A stretch of 28,883 nucleotides of DNA, taken from an uncultured bacterium. Its GTDB lineage: Bacteria; SAR324; NAC60-12. The notes beneath the pieces were generated by a model. The model saw only the letters and a list, made by a program, of their open reading frames with translations. It made no database searches and had not been told where the DNA came from. The DNA lies in contig CBFIGY010000036.1 in assembly GCA_965662235.1 (NCBI GenBank), positions 1 to 28,883 of the forward strand. Direction: 5' to 3'. The position numbers and the translations under genes were made by a program. Of the stretch, positions 1 to 9,572 are shown piece by piece (position 1 is the stretch's first letter; each line of letters opens with the position of its first letter).

Positions 1-298
1 TCGCACCGCCACTGACACCAAGAAGGACGGCCTCTTGATCATCCAAATGCTTGATTAAAGCGGCAACCTGATCGCTACTGTCTTCCCACCAATCACTCTC
101 CCAGTGCTTGATGCGATCTGATTTTCCGGTTCCCAAGAAATCAATAGCAGCCACACAGTACCTATCGGAGTAGTGGTTGAGTTCATTCTCATGTGCAGCT
201 GATGTTGCCGTATTTCCAGGCAAAATGATTAAAAGAGGACCTTCCCCCTTTAGCTCATAAAAGATGTTTTTTTCTTGAAACTTAAAATACGGCATCAT
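1..298 (-). CDS. Alpha/beta-fold hydrolase, N-terminal part (runs off the window start)
   Basis: Not in the ORF track. Manual translation: (M)MPYFKFQEKNIFYELKGEGPLLIILPGNTATSAAHENELNHYSDRYCVAAIDFLGTGKSD...AVLLGVSGGA. It shows the G-x-G-P-L-L N-terminus, D-x-x-G-x-G-x-S motif and G-x-S-x-G nucleophile elbow. GAAGGGA directly precedes ATGATG (start 298 or 295). Confidence 0.9.
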   Translation of the reverse strand, partial: MMPYFKFQEKNIFYELKGEGPLLIILPGNTATSAAHENELNHYSDRYCVAAIDFLGTGKSDRIKHWESDWWEDSSDQVAALIKHLDDQEAVLLGVSGGA

Positions 299-755
299 TC
301 CCTTCGATTCAATTGATCAGCATCCATCCAAGCCACACCTTGTTCCCGAGCCTTGAGTCCCGGAAAGTCAATAGGAGCAGGGAGGTTCCAATTGATCGAA
401 GCATGAGGGGCCCTGAGGAAGCTGTTGGTGTTTTTTCGGAAAGGCTACTGAGCCCCCATGAACAATCAAGCTTTCCTCCTGCAAATGATCCAAAAATTTC
501 GCCAAGGTGCGACGGAGGGCTGGTCGCGCGTTTGGGGGCGCTACGGGGTTCCCGCGCGGATCATCGGTTGGAAGGCCTGTGGGGGCTGAAGGGGGGGCTT
601 GAGGAGCAGGGAGCTTCTCGGGGCTGCGGCGTCTTGAGGAGGAAGACGGCCTCAGGCAAAGGGAGGGGGCGCTTGGTTTTGTGGGGGACTGATTGGGACG
701 CTGAAGGACCGGCGGCCTTTGAGTTCTTGAAGGAACTCAGTCGCTGCTCTTTTTT

Positions 756-847
<92 letters not shown>

Positions 848-880
848 GCGGCAGGAAAGCCTGTAACTTTCCGTAGTATG

Positions 881-1294
881 CTAGAAGGGTTTGACAGAGG
901 CGAGATAAATCATCACCGCCGAGGTCAGGAAGATTCCAATGTGGACAAACATGGCCAGTGGCTTGGGAAGCTCATGGTTGCGGATCTGCCGACCATTCAT
1001 GAAGCCAAAGGCGATCAGGAGGATCAGCAGGGTCAGCTTCCAGTGCAGCCACTTTCCGCTGGAGAAGGCTTCCGTCATCATGGCCAGGTACAGGCCGGTG
1101 GCCACAGCAATCCCCAGAATGGGATGGTAGATGAAGCGGTGCACCCGCAGCTGAATCCATTGGGCGCCCTCCAGCTGGACCGGGTCGTTCATGCGGTACC
1201 GGAAGACCACAGACAGAGACTGGACAAAAAGCGTTCCGACCACCACACAGACCGAAACGACGTGCAGGGCCAGCAGATAGGGGTAGTAATCCAT
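881..1294 (-). CDS. Four-TM membrane protein, HemJ/CopD/DUF2269-like (137 aa)
   Basis: Start re-called at MDYYPY, with AAGGA upstream. N-terminal LALHVVSV and WLHWKLTLLILL resemble HemJ/CopD-family motifs. Four hydrophobic segments. Confidence 0.7.
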   Translation of the reverse strand: MDYYPYLLALHVVSVCVVVGTLFVQSLSVVFRYRMNDPVQLEGAQWIQLRVHRFIYHPILGIAVATGLYLAMMTEAFSSGKWLHWKLTLLILLIAFGFMNGRQIRNHELPKPLAMFVHIGIFLTSAVMIYLASVKPF

Positions 1295-1475
1295 TTCGGT
1301 TTCCTTGGGAGCGTTGTTCAGCCAACAAGATAGCGGGAAGGTTCCCCGGTTTTCAAGCCTGATTTCGTGGCAGAGGCGAATTTCGTCTTTGAACTTCCCC
1401 TCCACTGCTTATCCTGAAAGTGCTGCTGGATTCAGCACCTCTCCCCAAAATTCTGACATTTTGAGAAAAGGGTTT

Positions 1476-1667
1476 ATGGACTTTAAGCCGAAGAAGCGAT
1501 TTCCGAAAAAAGAACTCAACAGTTGGCTCCGGGCTCACAAGGACTGGAGCGATCAGCAGTGGACGCAGCTGCTGGGCGACCTGACGGATCAGGGATTTCA
1601 GGAGTGGACCACCAGTCAGCAGGGCAAGGACGCGCTGGGGCTCTACCTTGAGACGAATCGGAAGTAA
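1476..1667 (+). CDS. Small hypothetical protein (63 aa, Trp-rich)
   Basis: ATG at 1476 preceded by AAAGGG. MDFKPKKRFPKKELNSWL...LGLYLETNRK. Its stop overlaps the moeA start (TAATG). Confidence 0.75.
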   Translation: MDFKPKKRFPKKELNSWLRAHKDWSDQQWTQLLGDLTDQGFQEWTTSQQGKDALGLYLETNRK

Positions 1668-2884
1668 TGCTGGACCACGCTGAGGCCAAACGGCGCATTT
1701 TGGAGGAAGTGAGCCCCCTTCCTGCAGAAGAGCGGCCCTTCGCCCGTTGTCATGGGGCCGTGCTCGCGACAGCGCTGCTGGCCCCGCACCCCATGCCTCG
1801 TTTTGACAACTCCGCAGTGGATGGCTACGCCGTCTGTGCTGCGGAAGTGGCCTCAGCGTCGGCAGCCACTCCGGTGCTGTTGACGTCACTGGGATACGTT
1901 CCTGCCGGCAACCCGGGAGACTGGACGCTGCAGGCGGGACAGTGTGTGCAGGTGGCAACCGGAGCCCCCACTCCGAAAGGAGCCGATGCGGTGGTCATGA
2001 AGGAAGATGCGACCCGGCATGACGACGGTTCGGTTTCCATCCGAGAAGCAGTGCGTCTGCGTGAGAACATGCGTTACTGCGGAGAAGACATTGGCGCAGG
2101 AGACGAGCTGTTTCCCGCGGGAACCCGCATTGGCGCCGCCCAGCTGTCTGTCCTGGCCACCATGGGATTCACGCAGGTGCCAGTGACCCGGACCGTCCGC
2201 GTGGGCATCGTTTCCACCGGAAGCGAGTTGCTGGAGGTCCATGAGTCTCCAGGACCCGGACAGATTCGCGAGTCCAACCGCTTCATGCTGGAAGCACTGG
2301 TCCGTGAAGAAGGGGCGCATCCGGAAGTGGTCGCCAAGGCTCCAGACGAAGAAGAGGCGCTCCGGGAGCTGTTCCTGCACGCGCTGGAAGGAGACCTGGC
2401 CCTCATCTCCGGAGGCGTGTCGGTGGGAGAAAAGGACCTGACGAAGCGGGTTCTGGAGCAACTGGGAGTCGAGCCACTCTTCTGGAAGGTCCGGGTGAAG
2501 CCGGGCAAACCGCTCTTTTTTGGCCGACGTGGCTCCACGTTGGTGTTTGGCCTTCCCGGAAATCCGGCGTCTAGCTTTGTGCTGTTTGAGGAGTTTGTCC
2601 GCCCTGCTCTGCGGAAGATGCAGGGACGTCGGAGCCTGGAAGAGCCCATGGTGTCTGCAACACTGGAAGCCGAGGTGCTTGAGCAGGCCAGTCGCCTGCA
2701 GTTCCTCCGGGGACAGCTTCGGTTTGCCGAAGGCCGTTACTGGGTGCGTCCCCTGCCCATTCAGGGGTCCCACAGCATCAGCTCCCTGGTCCGAGGAAAC
2801 TGCCTGATTCGCATTGAGCCAGATTCGGGTGTGATTCCTGCGGGAACCGAAGTTCCGGTTCGCTTGCTTCGGAATGAGATCTGA
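1667..2884 (+). CDS. moeA: Molybdopterin molybdenumtransferase MoeA (gephyrin-like)
   Basis: Motifs [46 protein letters not shown]; 405 aa. Confidence 0.97.
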   Translation: MLDHAEAKRRILEEVSPLPAEERPFARCHGAVLATALLAPHPMPRFDNSAVDGYAVCAAEVASASAATPVLLTSLGYVPAGNPGDWTLQAGQCVQVATGAPTPKGADAVVMKEDATRHDDGSVSIREAVRLRENMRYCGEDIGAGDELFPAGTRIGAAQLSVLATMGFTQVPVTRTVRVGIVSTGSELLEVHESPGPGQIRESNRFMLEALVREEGAHPEVVAKAPDEEEALRELFLHALEGDLALISGGVSVGEKDLTKRVLEQLGVEPLFWKVRVKPGKPLFFGRRGSTLVFGLPGNPASSFVLFEEFVRPALRKMQGRRSLEEPMVSATLEAEVLEQASRLQFLRGQLRFAEGRYWVRPLPIQGSHSISSLVRGNCLIRIEPDSGVIPAGTEVPVRLLRNEI

Positions 2885-2886
2885 GT

Positions 2887-3942
2887 ATGCCCACACTGAA
2901 AGAAGTTGCTGATTTTCTAGGCGCCGAATGGTCCGGACAGGGAGACCTCTTGCTGCACCGAGCGTGCGGTCTGGACGATTTTCAGGAAGGGGGCATTGCG
3001 TATGTGGTCAACCCTGCCGGCCTGGCGAGTGTTCCGGTTTCGGCCGGCTTGGCCAAGCGAGGGGTGCCTCGGTTGCAGGACCTGCAGCTGTCCGGACGGG
3101 CGCTGGTGGTGCCTCCGCAGCTGCGTGATGAGACGCAGAACCTGATCTATGCCGCAGACCCCTTGGCGGCTCATGTTGCCCTGACCGCGTGGCTGCATCC
3201 GGAACCTGTTCCGACCTGGGACATCCACCCGACAGCGGTGATTGCCGAGGGCGTGCAGTTGGGAGAGGGCGTGAAAGTGGGGCCTCACGTGGTGCTTTAC
3301 GAGGGCGTTTCGGTAGGAGACCGGACCTGCCTGCACGCAGGCGTGGTGCTGATGACGCAGGTCACAGTTGGGGCCGACTGCACTCTCTACCCGAATGCGG
3401 TGGTGCAGAGCCACTGCGTCTTGGGAAACCGCGTGCTGGTTCAGTCGAGTGTGGTCATTGGGGCCGATGGACACGGGTACTTCCAACGCGATGGCGTCAA
3501 CCGGAAGATTCCCCAAGTGGGACGGGTGGTGGTGGAAGATGACGTGGAAATTGGCGCTGGAACAACGATCGACCGGGCCCGCTTTTCTGTGACCCGCATT
3601 GGCCAGGGCAGCAAGATCGACAACCAGGTCCAGATTGCCCATAACGTTGACTTGGGACCTCAGGCGCTGATCTCTGCACAGACGGCGGTTGGGGGAAGCG
3701 TCAAGGCTGGGAGCCACCTCATCTTGGGAGGACAGACGGGCGTCCGGGACAATGTGGTCATTGGAGACCGGGTGGCCGTGATGGCGCGCGGTGTGGTGAC
3801 CAGCAACACTGCAAATGAAACCATGATTGCTGGCATGCCCGGACGCCCTGCGTCCGAGTGGCGGCAGATGCAATCCAACATCGGACGGCTGGAAGAGCTC
3901 TTTGAGCGCGTCCGGAAACTTGAGCAATCCTCAAACCCGTAA
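2887..3942 (+). CDS. lpxD: UDP-3-O-acyl-glucosamine N-acyltransferase
   Basis: N-terminal [10 protein letters not shown] domain, hexapeptide repeats, [33 protein letters not shown] (catalytic His), C-terminal helix. Confidence 0.95.
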   Translation: MPTLKEVADFLGAEWSGQGDLLLHRACGLDDFQEGGIAYVVNPAGLASVPVSAGLAKRGVPRLQDLQLSGRALVVPPQLRDETQNLIYAADPLAAHVALTAWLHPEPVPTWDIHPTAVIAEGVQLGEGVKVGPHVVLYEGVSVGDRTCLHAGVVLMTQVTVGADCTLYPNAVVQSHCVLGNRVLVQSSVVIGADGHGYFQRDGVNRKIPQVGRVVVEDDVEIGAGTTIDRARFSVTRIGQGSKIDNQVQIAHNVDLGPQALISAQTAVGGSVKAGSHLILGGQTGVRDNVVIGDRVAVMARGVVTSNTANETMIAGMPGRPASEWRQMQSNIGRLEELFERVRKLEQSSNP

Positions 3943-4211
3943 TGTTTGCCGGACCTTCTTTTATGGGAACCCTCCTGCAGGTCCTTGACATGATGCTGGG
4001 CCTGTTGAGCATGATGATCGTTGTGTACGCGATGCTTTCCTGGTTCCTTCCTCACAACCAACACCCCGTGCAGCGCTTCCTCCAGGGAATGGTGGAACCC
4101 CTTCTTGCTCCCATCCGTCGGGTGGTGCCTCCAATGGGAGGCATGGACCTTTCGGTGATGGTGGCGCTGTTTGTGATCTACCTGATCCGCTCAGTGCTGC
4201 TTCCGGTCTAG
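3942..4211 (+). CDS. yggT: YggT family membrane protein
   Basis: LSWF...EPLLAPIRRVVPPMGGMDLS signature; TAATG coupling to lpxD. Confidence 0.93.
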   Translation: MFAGPSFMGTLLQVLDMMLGLLSMMIVVYAMLSWFLPHNQHPVQRFLQGMVEPLLAPIRRVVPPMGGMDLSVMVALFVIYLIRSVLLPV

Positions 4212-5386
4212 CGGGCCAGCCGCTTCAGTTCCAGGTTGGCCTGATCGGCGCCGGTGGTGCCTGGGTAGAGCTTTGCCGCGGCCTGCCAGTAGCGTTTGGC
4301 CAGCGGAAGCTCGTTGCGTTCCTGCGCAATGCGACCGAGTAGAAAGATCCCCTCTGACGTCTTGTAGCCCTGAGTGTCTGGGCGGTGCTCATAAGTCCGG
4401 AGCATCTTGCGGATTGCGGCCTCAGCTTCGTCAAACTGTCCCAGCTGAAAATGAGAGAACCCGGCCCAGTACTGGGCTTTGGGGGCATTCATTTCATTGG
4501 GAAAGCGTTTGAGGAAGTCTTCAAACACCCGGATGGCTTCATCGTGTCGGCGTTGCACCAGCGCAATGGATCCCTTGTTGTAAAAGTTGATGGCGCCTGG
4601 AATGCGCTGAAGCACCGTTGGATTGGCGGTCTCAACGAGGTCCGGATCAAACGGGGTTTCCTCTTCTTGCGAAGACGCCGTCCGGGCTGGCGGTTGAGGC
4701 TTCCGGGGCGGAGGCGGAGGTGCGGGCTTCAGGTCGGCCTCTTCCACAACCGGCTCCAGGTCAGAAAGCTCGGTGCTGGAACGAGTGGCTGGCGGCTGAG
4801 CCTGCTCCATGTTGGGCGTTGACTTACGCTGAATCAGGGAATAGGTGATGACGGAATCTTCTGCCGAACCGGTTGAGGCCTTTGAGGAACTGGAGGCTCG
4901 GGAGGAGCTGGACGAGGACGGGGCACTGTCTGCCCGGACAATCGTCAGACCCTTCGGTTGAGACGCAGGGGCAGACTCCTGTCGGACGGTTTGGGCGATC
5001 TGGGTGGTGACGCTTGAGGAGCCCGAGGAGGGGCCGGCCTGGCTGAGCCGCTTCTCAACGGCCTGCTCCATCAACGAGAAGTTGGTGTCCCATTGCTGCT
5101 GAGAGGTATCCAGTCGAGTTTGCTGATCCCGGACCTCTTGCCGCAGTTCAGCGACCTCTCGCTCCAGGCCCTGCATGTACTCCTGCAACGCAACGAAGTC
5201 CTGCCGCAGCTGAACCAGTGCGTCCTCATCGGGAGAGGTTGCGGGGGAGGACGAGAGGGTGGGCGACGCCGTCGCAGTGGTGGGGGAAGGCGAAGGAGCC
5301 GGTTCTCCGGGATTGCCTTCTGGAAGCAAGGATCGGCAGCCAACCAGCAGCAGCGTCAACAAGAGCAGAGGAATCGTGCGCAACAT
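4208..5386 (-). CDS. CpoB/YbgF-like TPR lipoprotein with coiled coil and long Ser/Pro-rich linker
   Basis: Lipobox LLVGC; coiled coil LEREVAELRQEVRDQQ; C-terminal TPRs (FEDFLKRFP...APKAQYWAG; KLYPGT). Confidence 0.75.
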   Translation of the reverse strand: MLRTIPLLLLTLLLVGCRSLLPEGNPGEPAPSPSPTTATASPTLSSSPATSPDEDALVQLRQDFVALQEYMQGLEREVAELRQEVRDQQTRLDTSQQQWDTNFSLMEQAVEKRLSQAGPSSGSSSVTTQIAQTVRQESAPASQPKGLTIVRADSAPSSSSSSRASSSSKASTGSAEDSVITYSLIQRKSTPNMEQAQPPATRSSTELSDLEPVVEEADLKPAPPPPPRKPQPPARTASSQEEETPFDPDLVETANPTVLQRIPGAINFYNKGSIALVQRRHDEAIRVFEDFLKRFPNEMNAPKAQYWAGFSHFQLGQFDEAEAAIRKMLRTYEHRPDTQGYKTSEGIFLLGRIAQERNELPLAKRYWQAAAKLYPGTTGADQANLELKRLAR

Positions 5387-5406
5387 GAAACCAGCCTGAA
5401 GTTTTA

Positions 5407-6129
5407 TTAGGGAAGGGCGCGAACCCGTTTCAGGGAGTCTCGCAATTCCTGGGCCAACTCAGGCTGACGGTTCAGTTCATAGGCGCGGGCAAGCTGGTTG
5501 GCGACTTGAGCGGTTTCCGGGTACTCCGGATAGTTGAGCAGCAGGTAGCGGTAGCGGGAGATGGCCGAGGGGTAGGCTTCTTGGTCGAAGTACCAGTTTC
5601 CGACCAAACGCTCATACTCTGCAAGGTCCGCCCGGGCCTTCACCTGATACTCTCCGACGTCCTGGAGGTAGGGGCTGTTGGGGTAGAGCATGGCAAACCG
5701 CTGGTACTCCAGCAGGATCTTGCGGTTGGGCTCCATGTTGCGGTCGTACTCCCGGGCTCGGAAGAACAGACCGTACTTGTTGCGCTCGTAGTTGAGGGCG
5801 ATGATGCGGTGCAGGACGTAGGGCGTGAGGTGACTCTGTGGGCTGTTGAGCAGGAATGCCCGGTAGTCAGACTCCGAATCCGCCCACTGACCACGTTCAA
5901 AGTTGATGTCGCCCAGCTTCAGGTAGGCGAGTGCCGCCATCCGGGAGCCCGGATGCTCGGTGACCAGCTCACGGAACTGACGTTCGGCTTCAGTGGCAAA
6001 GCCGTCTTCATAGGAAACGTACGCCTGCTGGTACATCTCGCGCGCAGGCACCCGGACCTGTTTAGGGGCCTCGCTGCAGGCGCTGATCAGGAGCAGACCT
6101 CCGAGGCTGAAGAGGAGTAAACGAGTCAT
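5407..6129 (-). CDS. bamD: Outer membrane protein assembly factor BamD (lipoprotein)
   Basis: Lipobox ISAC; TPRs; YPNSPY...LAEYERLVGNWY...AISRYRYLLLNYP pattern; 240 aa. Confidence 0.88.
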   Translation of the reverse strand: MTRLLLFSLGGLLLISACSEAPKQVRVPAREMYQQAYVSYEDGFATEAERQFRELVTEHPGSRMAALAYLKLGDINFERGQWADSESDYRAFLLNSPQSHLTPYVLHRIIALNYERNKYGLFFRAREYDRNMEPNRKILLEYQRFAMLYPNSPYLQDVGEYQVKARADLAEYERLVGNWYFDQEAYPSAISRYRYLLLNYPEYPETAQVANQLARAYELNRQPELAQELRDSLKRVRALP

Positions 6130-7010
6130 GCTTTGCGTCGTCGGTAGCGAATCAGGGTGACCTCGTTGCCGCGTTCATTCCAGAAAACCTCATCCATGAA
6201 GTTGGCCAGCAGCACCAATCCCTTGCCGTTGGGCTTGAAGAGGTTTTCCGGGTCAGAGAAGTCTGGAAGCTCCGTGTGCGCGAAGCCCTTGCCTTCATCC
6301 CGGATGACAAACTTGTTGGAGTTGCGGCTCAGGTCATAGCTGATCGAGACCCGTCGCTCGGCATAGACCTCCTGCTCCCGACGTCGGATGGCCTCTTCGT
6401 ACATCGCCTGAGGGTCCTCACGCCAGCTGCGGTCGAGCTCTAGGTTTCCGTGGAAGATGGCGTTTTCCAAAGCCTCTGTCAGAAACAGGTTCAGGAGGTA
6501 GGCGTCTTCCGGACTGATCACACCATACGAGTCGACGTCTCGGGTGATGAAGGCCACAATCTCTGGGAGGGACTCAAACTCGTTGCCGAACTCAAGGGTC
6601 CGGGACTCCTGAACGAGGTGCTCAAAGGGAAAATCGAGGGCGGTGGGGGTGCGACGGAGCGTGTGGATGCGCTTCAGCGTCCGCTGAAACTCAAGGCCCT
6701 TCAGGGGACGGGTCAGGAAGTCACAGGCCCCGAGCCGGAGCGCGTTGAGGATGCTTTCCGGCTCACTGGTCCGCCCAATCATGACAAACGGAATCCGTGG
6801 GTTGAGGCTCCGGACCTCCTTGAGCAGCTCCAGGCCCCCAAGCTTGGGGAGCGTCAGAGCACTCAAGACGGCATCCGGTTGAAAGTCCCGGAAGTGCTTG
6901 AGAGCCTCCTCTCCATCAGACGCAAAGTAGGCTTCATGCTCAGAGCCGCTGAGCAGGGCTCGGAGTTGGTCCAAGGTGTCTGAGTTTTCGTCTGCAATCA
7001 GCAGCATCAT
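6126..7010 (-). CDS. Receiver(-like) domain fused to RsbW-type HATPase (anti-sigma/Ser kinase) domain
   Basis: N-terminal REC fold (LLIADE...DGEEAL...LPKLGGLELL...LGACDFLTRP). C-terminal N box EALENAIFHGN, G1 IRDEGKGF, G2 GKGL. ATGA overlap with bamD. Confidence 0.85.
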   Translation of the reverse strand: MMLLIADENSDTLDQLRALLSGSEHEAYFASDGEEALKHFRDFQPDAVLSALTLPKLGGLELLKEVRSLNPRIPFVMIGRTSEPESILNALRLGACDFLTRPLKGLEFQRTLKRIHTLRRTPTALDFPFEHLVQESRTLEFGNEFESLPEIVAFITRDVDSYGVISPEDAYLLNLFLTEALENAIFHGNLELDRSWREDPQAMYEEAIRRREQEVYAERRVSISYDLSRNSNKFVIRDEGKGFAHTELPDFSDPENLFKPNGKGLVLLANFMDEVFWNERGNEVTLIRYRRRKA

Positions 7011-7077
7011 TCGCCCTCCGGGGATAATTTGACTTCGGAACGCGAGATCGTATCAAATCCGCCCCTCAAACTCAAAG

Positions 7078-8277
7078 TCATTCAGCGCGCTGCAGTCGCT
7101 GCAACCCCGCCTGCAGGTCGGCAATGAGGTCGGCGGGATTCTCCAAACCGATGTGCAGGCGCAGCAGAGGGCCGTTGAAAACCCATGGGGACGCGGTGCG
7201 CATGCTCCGGGGGTTGGTTGCCAGGATCAGGCTTTCGTAGCCACCCCAGGAGTAGCCCATGTGAAACAGCTCCATGTCGTCGAGCAAAGCTGTGACAGCC
7301 GACTCAGAGGCCGGGTGCAGTTCCACACCAAAGAGCCCGGAAGCGCCCAGGAAGTCCCGTTTCCAGAGGTCGTGTCCCGGGGCACCGGGCAGCGCGGGGT
7401 AGAGGACCTGCTTGACCTGTGGTTGCTCCTGAAGCCACTCTGCTACAGCAGTGGCATTGAGCTGATGCTGCTTGAGGCGGACTGCCATGGTCCGGAGCCC
7501 CCGCTGTCCGAGGTAGAGGTCATCCGGGCCTGCACACTGTCCCCACTGCCACGCGGTCTCCCGGAGCGCCCCCCAGGTTTCTTCTGTGGTGACCACCAGA
7601 CCCAGCATGGCATCGGAGTGTCCCACAATGTACTTGGTGCCTGCGTGAATCGAGACATCGACGCCGTGTTCGAAGGAGCGGAAGTAGAGCGGCGTGCCCC
7701 AGGTGTTGTCCATGAGCACCTTCAGGCCATGGGCATGAGCGACTTCAGCAAGTGCCGGAATGTCCTGCACCTCAAAGGTCTGTGACCCTGGGGATTCCGT
7801 AAAGAGCACCGCCGTGTTGGGTTGAATGAGGGCCTTGAGGTCAGAGGCGTTGATCTGAGGATCGTAGTAGGTGGTGGTGACGCCGTAGCGCTTGAGGAAC
7901 CCTTCGCAGAATTCACGTGTGGGACCATAGGTGCTGTCGGTCATCAGCAGGTGGTCACCTGCCTTGAGGAACGCCGTCAGCGCCGCAGCAATGGCCGCGA
8001 GCCCTGAAGGAAACGCCATGGAGCGGTGCCCGCCTTCAAGATCGGCAACCGCATTTTCCAGCGCCCAGGAAGTGGGGGTGCCCTTGCGTCCGTAAAACAT
8101 GAGCTGCCGGTCGTCCACCCGTGCCTGACCCCGTTCTTTGAGCTCGGCAACCGTGTGGGAGAGAATGGTCGAGGCCCGGTACACCGGCGGGTTGACGGTG
8201 CCGCCGTATGCCTGAGGATCACGTCCTGCGAGGACGGTACGGGTTTCCGGATGCAAGGAGGGGTTGGTTTTGCTCAT
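7078..8277 (-). CDS. metC: Cystathionine beta-lyase (PLP-dependent)
   Basis: VNPPVYRAST, YGRKGTPT, ESPGSQTFEVQD, DNTW, PLP lysine in HAGTKYIVGHSD, GYSWGGYESL, RLHIGLE. Confidence 0.95.
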   Translation of the reverse strand: MSKTNPSLHPETRTVLAGRDPQAYGGTVNPPVYRASTILSHTVAELKERGQARVDDRQLMFYGRKGTPTSWALENAVADLEGGHRSMAFPSGLAAIAAALTAFLKAGDHLLMTDSTYGPTREFCEGFLKRYGVTTTYYDPQINASDLKALIQPNTAVLFTESPGSQTFEVQDIPALAEVAHAHGLKVLMDNTWGTPLYFRSFEHGVDVSIHAGTKYIVGHSDAMLGLVVTTEETWGALRETAWQWGQCAGPDDLYLGQRGLRTMAVRLKQHQLNATAVAEWLQEQPQVKQVLYPALPGAPGHDLWKRDFLGASGLFGVELHPASESAVTALLDDMELFHMGYSWGGYESLILATNPRSMRTASPWVFNGPLLRLHIGLENPADLIADLQAGLQRLQRAE

Positions 8278-8412
8278 GAAGCTCTTTTGGGGCTGAAGCC
8301 GGCCGACACCTGGGAAGGGTGGGCGGATGCGAGGTTGCGACCAAGGAGGGTCGGTGAAAAAACCTTTATTCTACTGTCCAGGCTGGGTTAGAGTCCACGC
8401 GTTTATGCTTGG

Positions 8413-9036
8413 ATGCTTCCTTTGGAAAAAATGATGACTCCTGAAGAATTGGAACTGGCGCTCGAGGCCGTGCTGTTTTCAGCCTCTCATCCGCTCTCCC
8501 TCCGGCAACTCAGCACCCTGCTCCCGGAGTGCCGTCCTGCCGAACTGAGGGCCGCGAGTCAGCGGTTGAACACGGTTTATGAGGAAACGGGGCGGGCCTT
8601 TCGCATTGAAACCGTGGCCGAGGGGCTGCAGCTCCGGACCCTTCCGGAACACCGTGGCTGGGTGCAGAAGCTGGACTCGATCAAGACCATCAAGCTTTCC
8701 ATGGCCCTGTTGGAGACGCTGGCAATTGTGGCGTACAAGCAACCGATCACGCGTTCAGGAGTCGAGTTTGTCCGGGGCGTGGACTCGTCTCATACCCTGC
8801 GAACCCTGATGCAGCGACGCTTGATCCGGATTGTGGGCAAGGAGATGCTTCCGGGACGTCCCAGCCTTTATGGCACGACCAAGACGTTTCTGGAGGTGTT
8901 TGGGCTTTCTCAGCTGAAGCACCTGCCGGATTTGGCAGAGTTTGGTCTCGAAGAGGCGATTGCTCCTCAGCTGGAGCTACCGCTGGAGGCTTCTGCTGAA
9001 GACGATTCGCCGTCAACGGGGAAGCCGAGCGCCTGA
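8413..9036 (+). CDS. scpB: SMC-Scp complex subunit ScpB
   Basis: LEAVLFSA, LETLAIVAYKQPITR, RGVDS, GRPSLYGTTKTFLEVFGL motifs. The start could be 8431 or 8434. Confidence 0.95.
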   Translation: MLPLEKMMTPEELELALEAVLFSASHPLSLRQLSTLLPECRPAELRAASQRLNTVYEETGRAFRIETVAEGLQLRTLPEHRGWVQKLDSIKTIKLSMALLETLAIVAYKQPITRSGVEFVRGVDSSHTLRTLMQRRLIRIVGKEMLPGRPSLYGTTKTFLEVFGLSQLKHLPDLAEFGLEEAIAPQLELPLEASAEDDSPSTGKPSA

Positions 9037-9416
9037 CCCCACTTCCGCCACAGCGCATAGACCCCGCCGTACCAGGCCACGAGCAGTCCCAAAAAGAGCC
9101 ACTCGCCTCCGGGACGCCTCACCTGTTGGGCCACTTGGCTGATCTGAAATGCGTACTTCTGAAACACGGCTTCCGGAAGAGCCTTCTGAGCGGCTTCCAT
9201 GACGGCCGCCTTTGAGGAAAAGTCCTCCGTGCGCAGAGGAAGCAGTTCGGTGACCTGAGCCTCGGGCATTCCACGGCGTTGCAGCGTCCAGAGCGCTTGG
9301 CCATCAAGCTTCCAATCACTCCAGACCACCGGGAGCAGCAGGGTCAGGGCAACGGCTGGCAGCACCACCAAACCTACAATCAAAGTGGCATACTGAATGT
9401 CTCGCAGAGTCGGCAT
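8967..9416 (-). CDS. Hypothetical membrane protein (two TM helices flanking a small helical domain)
   Basis: AGGA upstream of the ATG; hydrophobic N-terminal and near-C-terminal segments; 3' end overlaps scpB by 70 nt. Confidence 0.65.
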   Translation of the reverse strand: MPTLRDIQYATLIVGLVVLPAVALTLLLPVVWSDWKLDGQALWTLQRRGMPEAQVTELLPLRTEDFSSKAAVMEAAQKALPEAVFQKYAFQISQVAQQVRRPGGEWLFLGLLVAWYGGVYALWRKWGQALGFPVDGESSSAEASSGSSS

Positions 9417-9572
9417 AAGGAGTCCTTTGGGAAATCAATTTCAGGGACTTAGCTAATCACAGGTCCGGGGAACCTTCAATGCCGGAACCACCGAGAAGTG
9501 ATTTTCTGCTGGCGTTGGGAGGCGCCTGCCTCTATATTTTGGGCAGAAACCCTTCACTTCAAAAAGCCCGCA

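Noticed and set aside
510..690. G-tract-rich noncoding stretch (possible G-quadruplex)
   Set aside because: G-runs are irregularly spaced and expected in GC-rich intergenic DNA; no further support.
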